Positions 17,440-27,539 of a stretch of 64,000 nt of DNA are shown in pieces (position 1 is the first letter of the stretch; every line of letters starts with the position of its first letter). The stretch lies in NCBI GenBank assembly GCA_963715335.1, contig CAVQRZ010000006.1:90237-154236 (forward strand), read 5' to 3'. Below the pieces are notes generated by a model. That model saw only the letters and a program-made list of their open reading frames with translations, searched no databases and was not told where the DNA came from. The position numbers and the translations under genes are program-made. Source of the DNA: an uncultured delta proteobacterium (lineage in GTDB: Bacteria > Desulfobacterota > Desulfuromonadia > Desulfuromonadales > BM103).

Positions 17440-17865
17440 TTAAGCTACAACTTCGAGGCCCATGCTCCGCGCAGTTCCTTCTATAATGCGCATGGCACCC
17501 TCGATATTATAAGCATTGAGGTCGGGCATCTTGAGCTTGGCGATTTCCGCGACCTGCGCCTTGGTGACCTTGCCGACTTTGGTCTTGTTCGGCACACCGG
17601 AACCCTTGGGAATCTTGGCAGCCCGTAGCAAAAGCACCGACGCCGGTGGGGTCTTGGTGATAAAGGTGAAAGAGCGGTCAGCGAAGACCGTAATGATGAC
17701 CGGGATAATCAGGCCTTCCTGGTCCTGGGTTCTGGCATTGTAAGCCTTGCAGAACTCCATGATGTTCACGCCGTGCTGACCCAGTGCCGGGCCGACCGGA
17801 GGTGAAGGATTTGCCTTACCGGCAGTGATCTGCAGTTTTATCTGTCCAATAACCTTTTTGGCCAT
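17440..17865 (-). CDS. rplK: 50S ribosomal protein L11
   Basis: [23 protein letters not shown]. Confidence 0.99.
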   Translation of the reverse strand: MAKKVIGQIKLQITAGKANPSPPVGPALGQHGVNIMEFCKAYNARTQDQEGLIIPVIITVFADRSFTFITKTPPASVLLLRAAKIPKGSGVPNKTKVGKVTKAQVAEIAKLKMPDLNAYNIEGAMRIIEGTARSMGLEVVA

Positions 17866-17898
17866 GAATTGACTCCTTAACTATATTCCGCCAGAAAC

Positions 17899-18435
17899 TC
17901 AGCTGGTCTTTTCAACCTGGATAAACTCAAGCTCAACCGGGGTAACCCGGCCAAAGATGCTGACCATGACCTTGAGCTTGGCCTTGTCAGGTTTAACATC
18001 TTCAACAATGCCGGTGAAATTCAGGAACGGCCCATCGATAACCCGCACCGTTTCACCAACTTCAAATTCGACTTTCGGCTTCGGCCGCTCTACGCCCTCT
18101 TCCATGCGCCTGGTGATTTTGGCCACTTCCTCATCAGGAATCGGCGGAGGGGTTGTTCCACCGCCGACGAAGCCGGTCACCTTGGGCGTATCCTTGACGA
18201 TATGCCAGGTTTCACTGTTCAGCTCGACGTGAATCAGAATATAGCCGGGGAAAAACTTGCGGGTAGAGGTCTTGCGCTCACCATTCTTGAGCTCCACCAC
18301 GGTTTCCGAGGGGATCAGAACCTCACCGAAGAACTCCTCCGCGCCTAAAGAGCGGATCCGTTCCTCAAGGTTGAGTTTGACCTTGTTCTCGTAACCTGAA
18401 TAGGTATGTACTCCGTACCACTTCTTCTCGCCCAT
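17899..18435 (-). CDS. nusG: Transcription termination/antitermination factor NusG
   Basis: WYGVHTYSGYENKV, FFPGYIL, KOW GPF motif; ATG at 18435 likely. Confidence 0.97.
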   Translation of the reverse strand: MGEKKWYGVHTYSGYENKVKLNLEERIRSLGAEEFFGEVLIPSETVVELKNGERKTSTRKFFPGYILIHVELNSETWHIVKDTPKVTGFVGGGTTPPPIPDEEVAKITRRMEEGVERPKPKVEFEVGETVRVIDGPFLNFTGIVEDVKPDKAKLKVMVSIFGRVTPVELEFIQVEKTS

Positions 18436-18452
18436 GGGATTCACTCGGTCTC

Positions 18453-18638
18453 TCAGTTGAGCAAGGTCTGGATCAGTGCTGACAGGCCTGTGTCAACGAT
18501 CCATAAGAAAACTGCCACCAGCAGGACAAGTACGACGACAACCACCGTCGATCCGTAAGTTTCCTTGCGGGTGGGCCAGGTAACCTTCTGCAGCTCAGCT
18601 TTGACCTGTTGAAGAAATTCGGTAACCTTGAAATTCAC
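18453..18638 (-). CDS. secE: Preprotein translocase subunit SecE
   Basis: ELQKVTWPTRKET plus one TM helix; between tRNA-Trp and nusG. Confidence 0.95.
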   Translation of the reverse strand: MNFKVTEFLQQVKAELQKVTWPTRKETYGSTVVVVVLVLLVAVFLWIVDTGLSALIQTLLN

Positions 18639-18676
18639 TATCGCAACCTGTATGTAGGATTAACGTTAAAGTTATT

Positions 18677-18753
18677 TGGCAGGCCAGGTAGGATTCGAAC
18701 CTACAACACCCGGTTTTGGAGACCGGTGCTCTAGCCGTTAGAGCTACTGGCCT
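18677..18753 (-). tRNA. tRNA-Trp (CCA)
   Basis: AGGCCAGTAGCTC...CCGGTCTCCAAAACCGG...GGTTCGAATCC...CCA. Confidence 0.97.
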
Positions 18754-18792
18754 GCAACCTCAAACAACAACTTGCCCGATTGCACCCTAAGC

Positions 18793-18942
18793 CTACTTGG
18801 TCTCTTTATGGACCGTGTGCTTACGGCAGAAACGGCAGTACTTCTTGAACTCCAGCTTGTCAGGAGTATTCTTTTTGTTCTTGGTCGTCGTGTAGTTGCG
18901 CTGCTTGCATTCGGTGCAAGCAAGGGTCACTATATCGCGCAT
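18793..18942 (-). CDS. rpmG: 50S ribosomal protein L33 (Zn-ribbon form)
   Basis: [49 protein letters not shown]; below the ORF track cutoff. Confidence 0.96.
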   Translation of the reverse strand: MRDIVTLACTECKQRNYTTTKNKKNTPDKLEFKKYCRFCRKHTVHKETK

Positions 18943-19012
18943 TGATTTATCCTCGGCGCCCGCTCTGTAAAGGACGGGCGCCTGCTTATGTTAAAATTCA
19001 GGAACAGCGAAG

Positions 19013-20212
19013 TTACTCAACAATATCGCTGACGACACCGGCGCCAACCGTGCGGCCACCTTCGCGGATTGCGAAGCGCAGTTCTTTGTCCATGGCGATC
19101 GGGGTGATCAGGTCGACAGTGATCGCTATGTTATCACCAGGCATGACCATCTCGGTCCCTTCCGGAAGCTCGACAATACCCGTTACGTCCGTCGTACGGA
19201 AGTAGAACTGCGGGCGGTAACCTTTGAAGAACGGGGTATGACGACCACCTTCCTCCTTGGTCAGGATGTAGGCTTCCGCCTTGAACTTGGTGTGCGGGGT
19301 AATGCTGCCCGGCTTCGCCAGGACCTGGCCACGCTCGATATCTTCACGTTTCACACCGCGCAGAAGAATCCCGCAGTTATCACCGGCCTGACCCTGGTCC
19401 AGAAGCTTGCGGAACATCTCGACACCCGTCACGACCGACTTGGCGGTATCCTTGATGCCGACGATCGCAACTTCTTCGCCAACCTTGATGATGCCGCGCT
19501 CGACACGACCCGTAGCAACCGTGCCGCGACCGGAAATCGAGAACACGTCCTCGACCGGCATCAGGAACGGACGATCAATCGCACGCTCAGGCTCGGGGAT
19601 GTACGAGTCGCACTGGCGCATCAGCTCCAGGACCGGCTCACAGGCGGCGCAGCCGTCGACGCCACAGCCGCACTCAAGGGCCTTCAGGGCGCTGCCGGGA
19701 ATGATCGGAAGATCGTCACCGGGGAACTCGTAGGAGGAGAGCAGTTCACGGATCTCCAGCTCTACCAGCTCCATCAGTTCTTCGTCATCGACCATATCAG
19801 CCTTGTTCAAAAAAACCACCATCGCGGGCACGCCAACCTGACGGGCAAGCAGGATGTGCTCGCGGGTCTGGGGCATCGGGCCGTCGGCAGCCGAGACCAC
19901 CAGGATTGCACCGTCCATCTGCGCGGCGCCGGTGATCATGTTCTTAACGTAGTCAGCATGACCCGGGCAGTCGACGTGGGCGTAGTGACGGTTCTGCGTC
20001 TCGTACTCAACGTGTGCCGTGGCGATCGTGATACCGCGCTCACGCTCCTCGGGAGCGTTGTCGATCTGATCGAACGCTTTAAATACAGCGCCGCCTCGCG
20101 AGGACAGCACGTTCGTGATTGCTGCCGTCAAAGTCGTCTTGCCGTGGTCAACGTGACCGATCGTCCCAATGTTGACATGGGGCTTAGTCCGTTCAAACTT
20201 GGCTTTGGCCAT
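19013..20212 (-). CDS. tuf: Elongation factor Tu (tRNA-linked copy)
   Basis: Same protein as 2699..3898; true ATG at 20212 with GGAGG RBS. Confidence 0.99.
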   Translation of the reverse strand: MAKAKFERTKPHVNIGTIGHVDHGKTTLTAAITNVLSSRGGAVFKAFDQIDNAPEERERGITIATAHVEYETQNRHYAHVDCPGHADYVKNMITGAAQMDGAILVVSAADGPMPQTREHILLARQVGVPAMVVFLNKADMVDDEELMELVELEIRELLSSYEFPGDDLPIIPGSALKALECGCGVDGCAACEPVLELMRQCDSYIPEPERAIDRPFLMPVEDVFSISGRGTVATGRVERGIIKVGEEVAIVGIKDTAKSVVTGVEMFRKLLDQGQAGDNCGILLRGVKREDIERGQVLAKPGSITPHTKFKAEAYILTKEEGGRHTPFFKGYRPQFYFRTTDVTGIVELPEGTEMVMPGDNIAITVDLITPIAMDKELRFAIREGGRTVGAGVVSDIVE

Positions 20213-20364
20213 TGCGTTTTCCTCCCTTGTTTGCGTCTGCTGCTTTATAATGTCTTTTTTGTTTGCCGGCAGATCGACATCCTGAGATATCAACCCTGCT
20301 GGCTCCACCTGATGGAAACGAAGTCAATTTTGTAACCGCCCCGCTCTGTTAATGAGTTGTGATG

Positions 20365-20440
20365 TGGAGCCCACAATCGGATTTGAACCGATGACCTCAT
20401 CCTTACCAAGGATGTGCTCTACCTACTGAGCTATGTGGGC
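20365..20440 (-). tRNA. tRNA-Thr (GGT)
   Basis: GCCCACATAGCTCAG...CATCCTTGGTAAGGATG...CCA. Confidence 0.97.
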
Positions 20441-20480
20441 CCGTTGAGTCATCATCACCCAGGCAAGGCAATTAATAAAT

Positions 20481-20557
20481 TGGAGCGGGAAACGGGATTC
20501 GAACCCGCGACCCTCAGCTTGGAAGGCTGATGCTCTAGCCAACTGAGCTACTCCCGC
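20481..20557 (-). tRNA. tRNA-Gly (TCC)
   Basis: GCGGGAGTAGCTCAG...TCAGCCTTCCAAGCTGA...CCA. Confidence 0.97.
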
Positions 20558-20693
20558 TTAGTGTCGTTTCGTTGGACTAAATGCCTAACCTATGAATCTT
20601 TCTCTTTGGAGTCCGGCAATTCCATTCTCGCAGTTTATTTCGGTCAAAAACCTCCTGCGCCAAACAGCCCTGCTTTTCTCCGGCAAGTTTTAA

Positions 20694-20778
20694 TGGTGGA
20701 GGGGGGAGGATTCGAACCTCCGAAGTCTTCGACGTCAGATTTACAGTCTGATCCCTTTGGCCACTCGGGAACCCCTCC
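20694..20778 (-). tRNA. tRNA-Tyr (GTA)
   Basis: GGAGGGGTTCCCGAG...TCAGACTGTAAATCTGA, long variable arm, CCA. Confidence 0.97.
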
Positions 20779-20830
20779 AGGGGATATCTTCTATTCAGTT
20801 TTAAGGGAGCCAGGCTCCCCGGCAGCTCAA

Positions 20831-20906
20831 TGGAGCTGGCGAGAGGAATCGAACCCCCAACATCCTCATTACAAGTGAGGTGCTCTGCCTATTGAGCTAC
20901 GCCAGC
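20831..20906 (-). tRNA. tRNA-Thr (TGT)
   Basis: GCTGGCGTAGCTCAA...CCTCACTTGTAATGAGG...CCA. Confidence 0.97.
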
Positions 20907-20914
20907 ACAAGGGG

Positions 20915-21020
20915 CGTTATATACAACAGTGCTTGGCAAATTGCAAGTAAAAATTTACCAGATTTCATCGACGCCACCATAAGTGCGCAGTTATAACGAA
21001 AGCCCGGGCAAGTGTCAAAT
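20915..21020 (-). promoter_or_regulatory. Tandem sigma70 promoters for the tRNA-tuf operon
   Basis: Minus strand TTGACA-17-TATAAC (~21018-20990) and TTGCAA-17-TATATA (~20946-20918), each followed by a GC-rich discriminator. Confidence 0.7.
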
Positions 21021-21064
21021 AGCAAAGTCTCTTTTTTTCAGAAAAAACCTTTCAGCTTTTTCTG

Positions 21065-21093
21065 TTGACAATTATGACCGGTTTAGTTATAAA
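21065..21093 (+). promoter_or_regulatory. Near-consensus sigma70 promoter with no downstream CDS
   Basis: TTGACA-17 nt-TATAAA. Confidence 0.7.
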
Positions 21094-21099
21094 TAAACC

Positions 21100-21159
21100 A
21101 CCATAGAAACCCGTTTATTTGGGGTGTCCCTTCCCCTCCTGAGGACACCCCATTTTTTT
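21100..21159 (+). ncRNA. Candidate ~60-nt small RNA
   Basis: Lies between the promoter above and a plus-oriented terminator TGGGGTGTCC-loop-GGACACCCCA-T7. Confidence 0.55.
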
Positions 21160-21183
21160 GTCTGCCTCCCCACCCCTGACAGA

Positions 21184-21999
21184 TCATCTTCTGACACCTC
21201 CCAGGGTTGCTCCCGCTTTCTCCGAAACCAGACTCACACGCGGCGTACCCAGGATCGGATCTTCATCGACAATCAGGTTGCAGCCGTAACTGTGCGTCAG
21301 CTGGCCATGGGTCAGGACCTGTCGCGGAGTGCCGATTTTTTCGACGACGCCATCCTTGAGGAGCATCAACCGGTCCGCATATGCGGAGGCCAGATTGAGG
21401 TCGTGAGAGACCATGACGATGGTGATTTGCTCCTGCTGCCTGAGCCGCTCCATCAGATCCATGATTCTCAGTTGATGGGCAGGATCAAGTGAAGCGGTCG
21501 GCTCATCCAGAAGCAGGACCTCAGATTGCTGACAGATCGCCCGGGCGATTATGACTCTCTGCCGTTCGCCGCCACTGAGTTGGCCGAGACGCCGGTTCGC
21601 AAGATGCAGCACCTCCGTGAACGCCATGGCCTGCTCGGCCAGTTCAAGGTCATGCCTGCCTTCCACAGCCAGCAAACCCAGGTGCGGATAGCGGCCCATT
21701 ATGACCGTTTCAGCGACAGTGAACGGAAATTCGGCATTGATCTGCTGCGGCACCATCGCCAGTGAGCGGGCCAGATCCTTTCTGGAATACTCACTAACAG
21801 GTCTCTGCCGAAGCAGAATATCTCCGGCAGACAAACGGTGCAGACCGGCCATCGCTTTGAGGAGGGTGGTCTTACCCGCACCGTTCGGGCCGATGATGAC
21901 AAAGAACTCCCCTGCCTCGATTTGCACAGAGACGTTCCGGAGCACGTCTGATTGGCCATATTGCAGGCTGACGTTGCAGACCTCAATCAGGCCGCTCAT
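21184..21999 (-). CDS. Cobalamin/Fe-siderophore ABC transporter ATPase (BtuD/FecE-like)
   Basis: GPNGAGKTT, LSGGERQR, LLDEPT, SHDLN. Confidence 0.92.
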   Translation of the reverse strand: MSGLIEVCNVSLQYGQSDVLRNVSVQIEAGEFFVIIGPNGAGKTTLLKAMAGLHRLSAGDILLRQRPVSEYSRKDLARSLAMVPQQINAEFPFTVAETVIMGRYPHLGLLAVEGRHDLELAEQAMAFTEVLHLANRRLGQLSGGERQRVIIARAICQQSEVLLLDEPTASLDPAHQLRIMDLMERLRQQEQITIVMVSHDLNLASAYADRLMLLKDGVVEKIGTPRQVLTHGQLTHSYGCNLIVDEDPILGTPRVSLVSEKAGATLGGVRR

Positions 22000-22994
22000 C
22001 GCCGGCCCCTCCAGAGCAAAACAATGAACAGGGGGGCGCCGATCAGTGCGGTGACAATCCCGACGGACATTTCTCCCTGGCTGGACAGGCTGCGGGCAAG
22101 CAGGTCGCAGATAACCAGGTAGGAGGCCCCGGTCAGAATCGAGGCCGGCACCAGGATGCGGTGGTCCGGACCAATCGTCAGGCGCAGTACATGCGGAATG
22201 GTCAGGCCGACGAAACCGATCAACCCCGACTGGCAGACTGTCAGGCTGACCATGAGCGAAGTAGTCACCAGCAAGACCGATACGACCACCTTGACATTGA
22301 CCCCCATTGCCGAGGCACTGTCCTGCCCGGTCAGGAGCAGGTTGAGCGGCTGGGCCAGCAGGTATATCAAGACAAAGCAGGGCAGAACCCCAAGCAGCAG
22401 CGGCAGGCTGTCGGAACCGGCGGCGGAAAGGTCACCCATGAGCCAGAAAATAATTTTATGCATCTGGCCGGACTGGCTGATCGAAATCAGGAACATGATG
22501 ATTGCGCCACAAAAGGCATTGACCATCACGCCGCCCAGCAAGAGGGAGTCACTGCTGCCTTCTTTCCGCCCGGACAGCAGCAGGACCAGCAGCAGGACCG
22601 CGAGAGAGCCGGTGAAAGAACTCAGGGCCAGCCCCGGGAAAAAGCTGAAACCGGCGAGGATGCCGAGAATCGCCCCGACAGCCGAGCCGCCGGAGACGCC
22701 GAGAATGTAAGGTTCAGCCAGGGGGTTGCGCAACAGGGCCTGGAAGACCAGGCCGCCAAGCGCAAGGGACGCACCGACGGTTGCCGCCAGGATCACCCGG
22801 GGCCAGCGCAGTTGCCAGATGATCACTTCCAGTGTCGCGTCGGGCTCGCTGCGCCCCAGCAGGGTCTGCCAGGCCGCGCCGATCTCTCCCGATGAGCCTA
22901 TGGTCAGGCCAAGCAGCACCGAGCCGATCAGCACCGGGGCGAGGACCAGCGTGACCATGATCAGTTTTATGTGGACGGGGCGGTAGCCGGTCAT
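21996..22994 (-). CDS. btuC: FecCD-family permease (BtuC-like)
   Basis: RWPRVILA, LLRNPLAEPYILGVSGG, GLIGFVGL motifs; under a B12 riboswitch. Confidence 0.88.
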   Translation of the reverse strand: MTGYRPVHIKLIMVTLVLAPVLIGSVLLGLTIGSSGEIGAAWQTLLGRSEPDATLEVIIWQLRWPRVILAATVGASLALGGLVFQALLRNPLAEPYILGVSGGSAVGAILGILAGFSFFPGLALSSFTGSLAVLLLVLLLSGRKEGSSDSLLLGGVMVNAFCGAIIMFLISISQSGQMHKIIFWLMGDLSAAGSDSLPLLLGVLPCFVLIYLLAQPLNLLLTGQDSASAMGVNVKVVVSVLLVTTSLMVSLTVCQSGLIGFVGLTIPHVLRLTIGPDHRILVPASILTGASYLVICDLLARSLSSQGEMSVGIVTALIGAPLFIVLLWRGRR

Positions 22995-23015
22995 ATCAGT
23001 ACCGTTTCCTGTACG

Positions 23016-23900
23016 CTAGGGAATCTCAGCCTGTGCCGGGTGCAGCAGGCCGACCAGGTACTCCAGGGCATCGATCAGCCTCGGCGTCGGGCGGTCAAAC
23101 AGGTCCGCATCGACAACATGCAGGCGCCTGTTTCGGACCGCCGGGATCTGCGGCCACTCCTGCCAGCGGGAGCGGAGTTCCTGGTCCGTGTAGCCCCCGC
23201 CCATTGATGCCAGAAGGACCACCTCGGGTTCGAGCGCAAGGAGTTCCTCCCAGGTGTATCTTGGATAACCGATGCGGTCTGCAGCCAGATTTATGGCCCC
23301 TGACCGGATCAGGAGCTGATGTAGAAAGGTGTCGGAGCCGGCCGAGATAATCGGCTGCGCATCGATCTGGAAGAACACCCCGGGGCGGTTCGTGACTCCC
23401 TCGACCTGCCGGGCTACCCGGGCCAGGCGTTGCCGATAACCGGCGGCCAGGGTTTCTGCACGGGCTTCTTCATGGTAGATCGAACCCAGCCGTTCGACGG
23501 TGTCAACAATCCCTTCCAGGCTTTGGGGGTCGAAAACATAGACAGGAATCCCCAGCGCCTCAAGCCTGTCAACCACAGCCTTCGGGTTGCCGTCCCTGAT
23601 CGCCAGACAGAGTTGCGGCTTCAGGCTGACGATCTTTTCGATGTCCAGTGCGACATAGCTCCCCACCTTCGGCAATCTTGCTGCAGCTTCGGGGAAGTTG
23701 GCGAACCGGGTCGCGCCGACCAGGGCCTCCCCGCCCCCAACCTCGTAACTGATCTCAGTGAGGTTGGGGGCCAGGGAGACGACGCGCGTTAAAGGCTCTG
23801 CGACCTCGACCGTGCGACCGATCTGGTCGACGAGTTCCCGGCTGTGTGCGGGAGCCACCAGAAGAAAAGAGAACAGCAGTAAAAACAGGGGCTTTTTCAT
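23016..23900 (-). CDS. btuF: Cobalamin-binding periplasmic protein (BtuF-like)
   Basis: Signal peptide; RVVSLAPNLTE, DIEKIVSLKP, RPTPRL. Confidence 0.88.
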   Translation of the reverse strand: MKKPLFLLLFSFLLVAPAHSRELVDQIGRTVEVAEPLTRVVSLAPNLTEISYEVGGGEALVGATRFANFPEAAARLPKVGSYVALDIEKIVSLKPQLCLAIRDGNPKAVVDRLEALGIPVYVFDPQSLEGIVDTVERLGSIYHEEARAETLAAGYRQRLARVARQVEGVTNRPGVFFQIDAQPIISAGSDTFLHQLLIRSGAINLAADRIGYPRYTWEELLALEPEVVLLASMGGGYTDQELRSRWQEWPQIPAVRNRRLHVVDADLFDRPTPRLIDALEYLVGLLHPAQAEIP

Positions 23901-23932
23901 CAGTGTATTCGGCCCAGGCTACTTAATAAACG

Positions 23933-25765
23933 CTAGAAATATGCGGTCAATCCGGCAAACAGTTCACGAGGTGGCATCGGGTAGCCGGGGTTTGCCTCGT
24001 AGTCTTTGTCAAACAGGTTCTTCACCGAAACGGTCGCATCAATAGCGACCTCGCCGAGCATTATGGTATGAGTCAATGCCAGATCCGCGACAAAATAGCC
24101 TTTGTCCTTGCGGGTGGCTTCGGGGTAGTAGCGCAGGTAGCGGCCATCGAAGCGCAGCGTGGTCTCCTCGAACGGTTTCAGAGATACGAAACCGTGGGTT
24201 TCGTGCCGCGGTTTACCGAGCAGGTATTCATCCGTGTCGCGATCTTTAGGATGCAGGTAGGTGTAGTTGCCACCGATTGTGGCAAATCTGCAGATATCGT
24301 ACCTGCCATCGACCTCGATCCCCCAGATGCGGACCTCCCCAACATTTTCTGGTGTCCAGGGATCCCACCAGTTCGGCCCGGTCGGCTGCCAGTGGATCAG
24401 ATCATCAGCATCGCGAAGGAAGCCGGCAAGGGAAACACGGCCACGCTCACCAAGAGTCTGGTCCAGTGCCACTTCATACTCCCAGGCTATTTCAGGATCA
24501 AGATCCGGATTACCAACATTACCATAGGGGTCTATCCAGTAAAGATCATTCAAAGTCGGGGCACGAAAAGCTTTGCTCGCCGAGATGCGAAGGCGGGTCG
24601 ATTCGGTCAAGGACGTAAGCAGCGCCGCACGGGGGCTCAATTCATTGTCGAAATCGGAGTGGATATCGTAGCGGAGGCCTAGTAACAGTGTCACGGTTGG
24701 CAGTAGATCGACCTGGTACTGGCCGAAAACGGCACCATGCTCCTGGTCTTCGTCACCGATACTGGTCGAATCGATCTCGTCACTGTAGTAATCGCCACCA
24801 AAAACGAAAAGATGACCATCTCTACCCATTTCAGCCTGGATTTCGGCACCAATGGTGTCAACCTTGTGGGTATCATCCTCAAAGGACGCCGGATTCTTAT
24901 AATCGTTGCGATGATGCTCATAGATAGCGCGGGTCGTCACCTTGGCCGAGCCGACCGGTGCCTGAAGTTTCAGCGACGCAATGGTCCGCTCGTCCTGCTG
25001 CTCAGCATCGGGTAACGGGTAAGAAGTCGCACCCGGGATGCCGCTCTCATAATCGAGGTGATAAGCCGACAGCTCGACATCCACGTCCTCTGTCGGTGAG
25101 TAACCGAAGACCCCATTGACTGTGTATTGATCGAAATCCGAATTCTTACGATAGCCATTCGACTCCTGATATTCGGCACCCAAGCGATAACGGACATCGC
25201 CGGCCTTGCGTGAGGTAGAGCCATTGATGATACGGCTATCACGCTCACCCTCATTCCAACCGACCTGGGTCGATGGCACATCTTCGGGAGCCCGGGTGAT
25301 GATGTTGATGACCCCGCCCAGAGCGTTGGAACCGTAGAGCGCCGAGGCAGCTCCCCGAAGAACCTCGACCCGTTCGATCTCATTCACAGCGACTGGCAGC
25401 TGGTTCAGGTCGAACTGGCCGTACTGCGGCGAGTTGAGTCGAACACCGTCGATCAGGACCAGCACTTGTGCTGCCTCTGAACCACGAATACTTGGGCTGG
25501 ACACAGATCCCCGCACCCCATTACTCACGACATGCAGGCCAACCACATCCTGCAGCACCTCATCCAGACGGGTCGCGCCGCGCGCGGCGATTTCCTCGGC
25601 AGTCACCACGGCAACAGAGGCCGAGGCTTTCGATAGCGGCTCGGCCATGCGAGTCGCAGTCACCACAACCTCATCCATCATCACCGACGGCTCCCCTGCC
25701 TCTGCGGCAAAGGCCGGACTGCACACCAGTAAACCCGTCACAACAACCAACAAAATCCTGTACAT
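23933..25765 (-). CDS. btuB: TonB-dependent cobalamin receptor (BtuB-like)
   Basis: ATG at 25765 after GGAG; signal peptide, TonB box DEVVVTATR, IERVEVLRGAASALYG, C-terminal Phe. Confidence 0.9.
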   Translation of the reverse strand: MYRILLVVVTGLLVCSPAFAAEAGEPSVMMDEVVVTATRMAEPLSKASASVAVVTAEEIAARGATRLDEVLQDVVGLHVVSNGVRGSVSSPSIRGSEAAQVLVLIDGVRLNSPQYGQFDLNQLPVAVNEIERVEVLRGAASALYGSNALGGVINIITRAPEDVPSTQVGWNEGERDSRIINGSTSRKAGDVRYRLGAEYQESNGYRKNSDFDQYTVNGVFGYSPTEDVDVELSAYHLDYESGIPGATSYPLPDAEQQDERTIASLKLQAPVGSAKVTTRAIYEHHRNDYKNPASFEDDTHKVDTIGAEIQAEMGRDGHLFVFGGDYYSDEIDSTSIGDEDQEHGAVFGQYQVDLLPTVTLLLGLRYDIHSDFDNELSPRAALLTSLTESTRLRISASKAFRAPTLNDLYWIDPYGNVGNPDLDPEIAWEYEVALDQTLGERGRVSLAGFLRDADDLIHWQPTGPNWWDPWTPENVGEVRIWGIEVDGRYDICRFATIGGNYTYLHPKDRDTDEYLLGKPRHETHGFVSLKPFEETTLRFDGRYLRYYPEATRKDKGYFVADLALTHTIMLGEVAIDATVSVKNLFDKDYEANPGYPMPPRELFAGLTAYF

Positions 25766-25797
25766 GTCTCCACTCCCGTTACAAGGGACCGGGGCCA

Positions 25798-25833
25798 TAA
25801 AAAATCCCCGGTCAATATAAAATTGATCCGGGG
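25798..25833 (-). terminator. Riboswitch expression-platform terminator
   Basis: Minus strand TCCCCGGATCAA...TTGACCGGGGA-TTTTTT between the aptamer and btuB start. Confidence 0.7.
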
Positions 25834-25899
25834 ATTCCCTGTATCTCCACGAACTCTCGGCAACCACCCCGTGACCGCGGGGGCAGCAACTCAAATCTC

Positions 25900-26075
25900 T
25901 CCAGACAGGTCTTCTGACTTCCGGTTCGTCCTACTGATCGCGCCTTCCCGACGGGTAGTGTCAGTGGCTTGTCTAGCGATGTTCGTCCCCGGTCACAGCG
26001 GCGGGCCCGTCCCGGATTTACACCGGGTTCCCTTTTGTCCGGCCTCGCAACGGATTGCGACACCGGTCAAGCCTT
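25900..26075 (-). ncRNA. Cobalamin (AdoCbl) riboswitch
   Basis: Minus strand AAAAGGGAACCCGGTGTAAATCCGGG...CCCGCCGCTGTGA...GCCACTG...GGGAAGG...AAGTCAGAAGACCTG (B12 box). Confidence 0.95.
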
Positions 26076-26298
26076 GCGGCATCTGAAAATGTATGGCGCA
26101 ACCTTACCCGTTGTCTCCGGACAAAGTCAAGAATCGCCTGTCTGAAACCGCCAACATTTATGTGGCCGTCGTCAGATGATGACAATTGTCTGCCCGACCG
26201 TCAAAAACTCGAATTAGTACTTGTGAAGCGTTAAAGATTGATTAACATTACCTGAGCAGCAGCTTGCTTAACTTAACAACCAGTCAAGGAGACTCAAG

Positions 26299-27498
26299 AT
26301 GTCAAAGATAAAAGGGACGATCGGCATACTCACCGGGGGAGGAGATGTCCCGGGCCTTAACCCGGCGATCCGGGCGTTGACAGTGCGTGCCCTGAGAGAT
26401 GGATACAGGGTTCTCGGCATCAGGCGCGGCTGGGCCGGGCTGGTCGACCTGGTCCCCGACCCGCATGCCGACAACAGCAGCTGCGTACAGGAGCTGACCG
26501 AGGAGATTGTCAACCGCGCAGGCCGCACGGGCGGGACTTTTCTGCATACCTCGCGGACCCGTCCAAGCCACTTGCCGATCACCAACGTCCCGGTCCACCT
26601 GCAGGATACTTACCGGGAAACGATCAACGACGTCACACCGCAGATCCTGAAGAACATCGACTTCCTCGGCCTGGACTTCCTCATCCCGATCGGCGGCGAC
26701 GACACGCTCAGCTACGGACAGCGCCTGCATGAAGAGGGGGTCAAGGTGGTCGCCATTCCGAAGACCATGGACAACGACGTGCCTGGCACCGATTACTGTA
26801 TCGGCTTCTCGACCTGCGTCACCCGGACGATCGAACTGACCCACCGGCTGCGCACCAGCGCCGGGTCCCATGAACGCTTCCTGGTCCTCGAAGTGTTCGG
26901 CCGCTATGCCGGGTTCTCGGCGATCCTGCCGACCATGGCCGGTGCCGCCGACCGCTGCGTCATCCCGGAGCACCCCTTCGACATGGAGCAGCTCTGCGAC
27001 CTGCTCAGCTACGACCGCCGCAAACATCCGAGCAACTACTCGGTGGTCCTGATCTCCGAAGGCGCGACCATGACCCATCACGACGGCATGCTTTACGAGG
27101 GGGAAGAGACTGACCAGTACGGTCACAAGAAGCTCGGCGGCATCGGCGACCAGGTCGCCGCACAGTTGAAGGAGCTCTCACCGAAATTCAACAACGGTCG
27201 CCGGGTCAACGTCCTCAGCCAGAGGCTGGGCTACCTGGTCCGTTGCGGAGACCCCGACGCGATGGATTCGATCGTGCCGATGGCCTTCGGCAACCTCGCC
27301 TTCGACATGGTCCTCTCCAACACCTCGGGACGCCTGATCAGCCTGCACAACGGCTGTTATGACACCGTGCCGATCGAGGTGGTAACCGGCCGCAAAAAAG
27401 TCGTTGATATCAGCAAGTATTACGACACCGAGCGTCTGCGGCCGAAATACGAGTCGTTCCTGCGCCTGCCGACCTTTATCATGACCAGCGATATTTGA
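26299..27498 (+). CDS. Phosphofructokinase, probably PPi-dependent
   Basis: TGGGDVPGLN, GGDDT, PKTMDND motifs. Confidence 0.9.
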   Translation: MSKIKGTIGILTGGGDVPGLNPAIRALTVRALRDGYRVLGIRRGWAGLVDLVPDPHADNSSCVQELTEEIVNRAGRTGGTFLHTSRTRPSHLPITNVPVHLQDTYRETINDVTPQILKNIDFLGLDFLIPIGGDDTLSYGQRLHEEGVKVVAIPKTMDNDVPGTDYCIGFSTCVTRTIELTHRLRTSAGSHERFLVLEVFGRYAGFSAILPTMAGAADRCVIPEHPFDMEQLCDLLSYDRRKHPSNYSVVLISEGATMTHHDGMLYEGEETDQYGHKKLGGIGDQVAAQLKELSPKFNNGRRVNVLSQRLGYLVRCGDPDAMDSIVPMAFGNLAFDMVLSNTSGRLISLHNGCYDTVPIEVVTGRKKVVDISKYYDTERLRPKYESFLRLPTFIMTSDI

Positions 27499-27539
27499 TC
27501 GTGGGATTGTCTGATTAGGAAATATTATCTGGAGCAGGC

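Noticed and set aside
19013..20308. 431-aa N-terminally extended EF-Tu
   Set aside because: The ATG at 20212 has a GGAGG RBS and matches the other copy; the extension is intergenic
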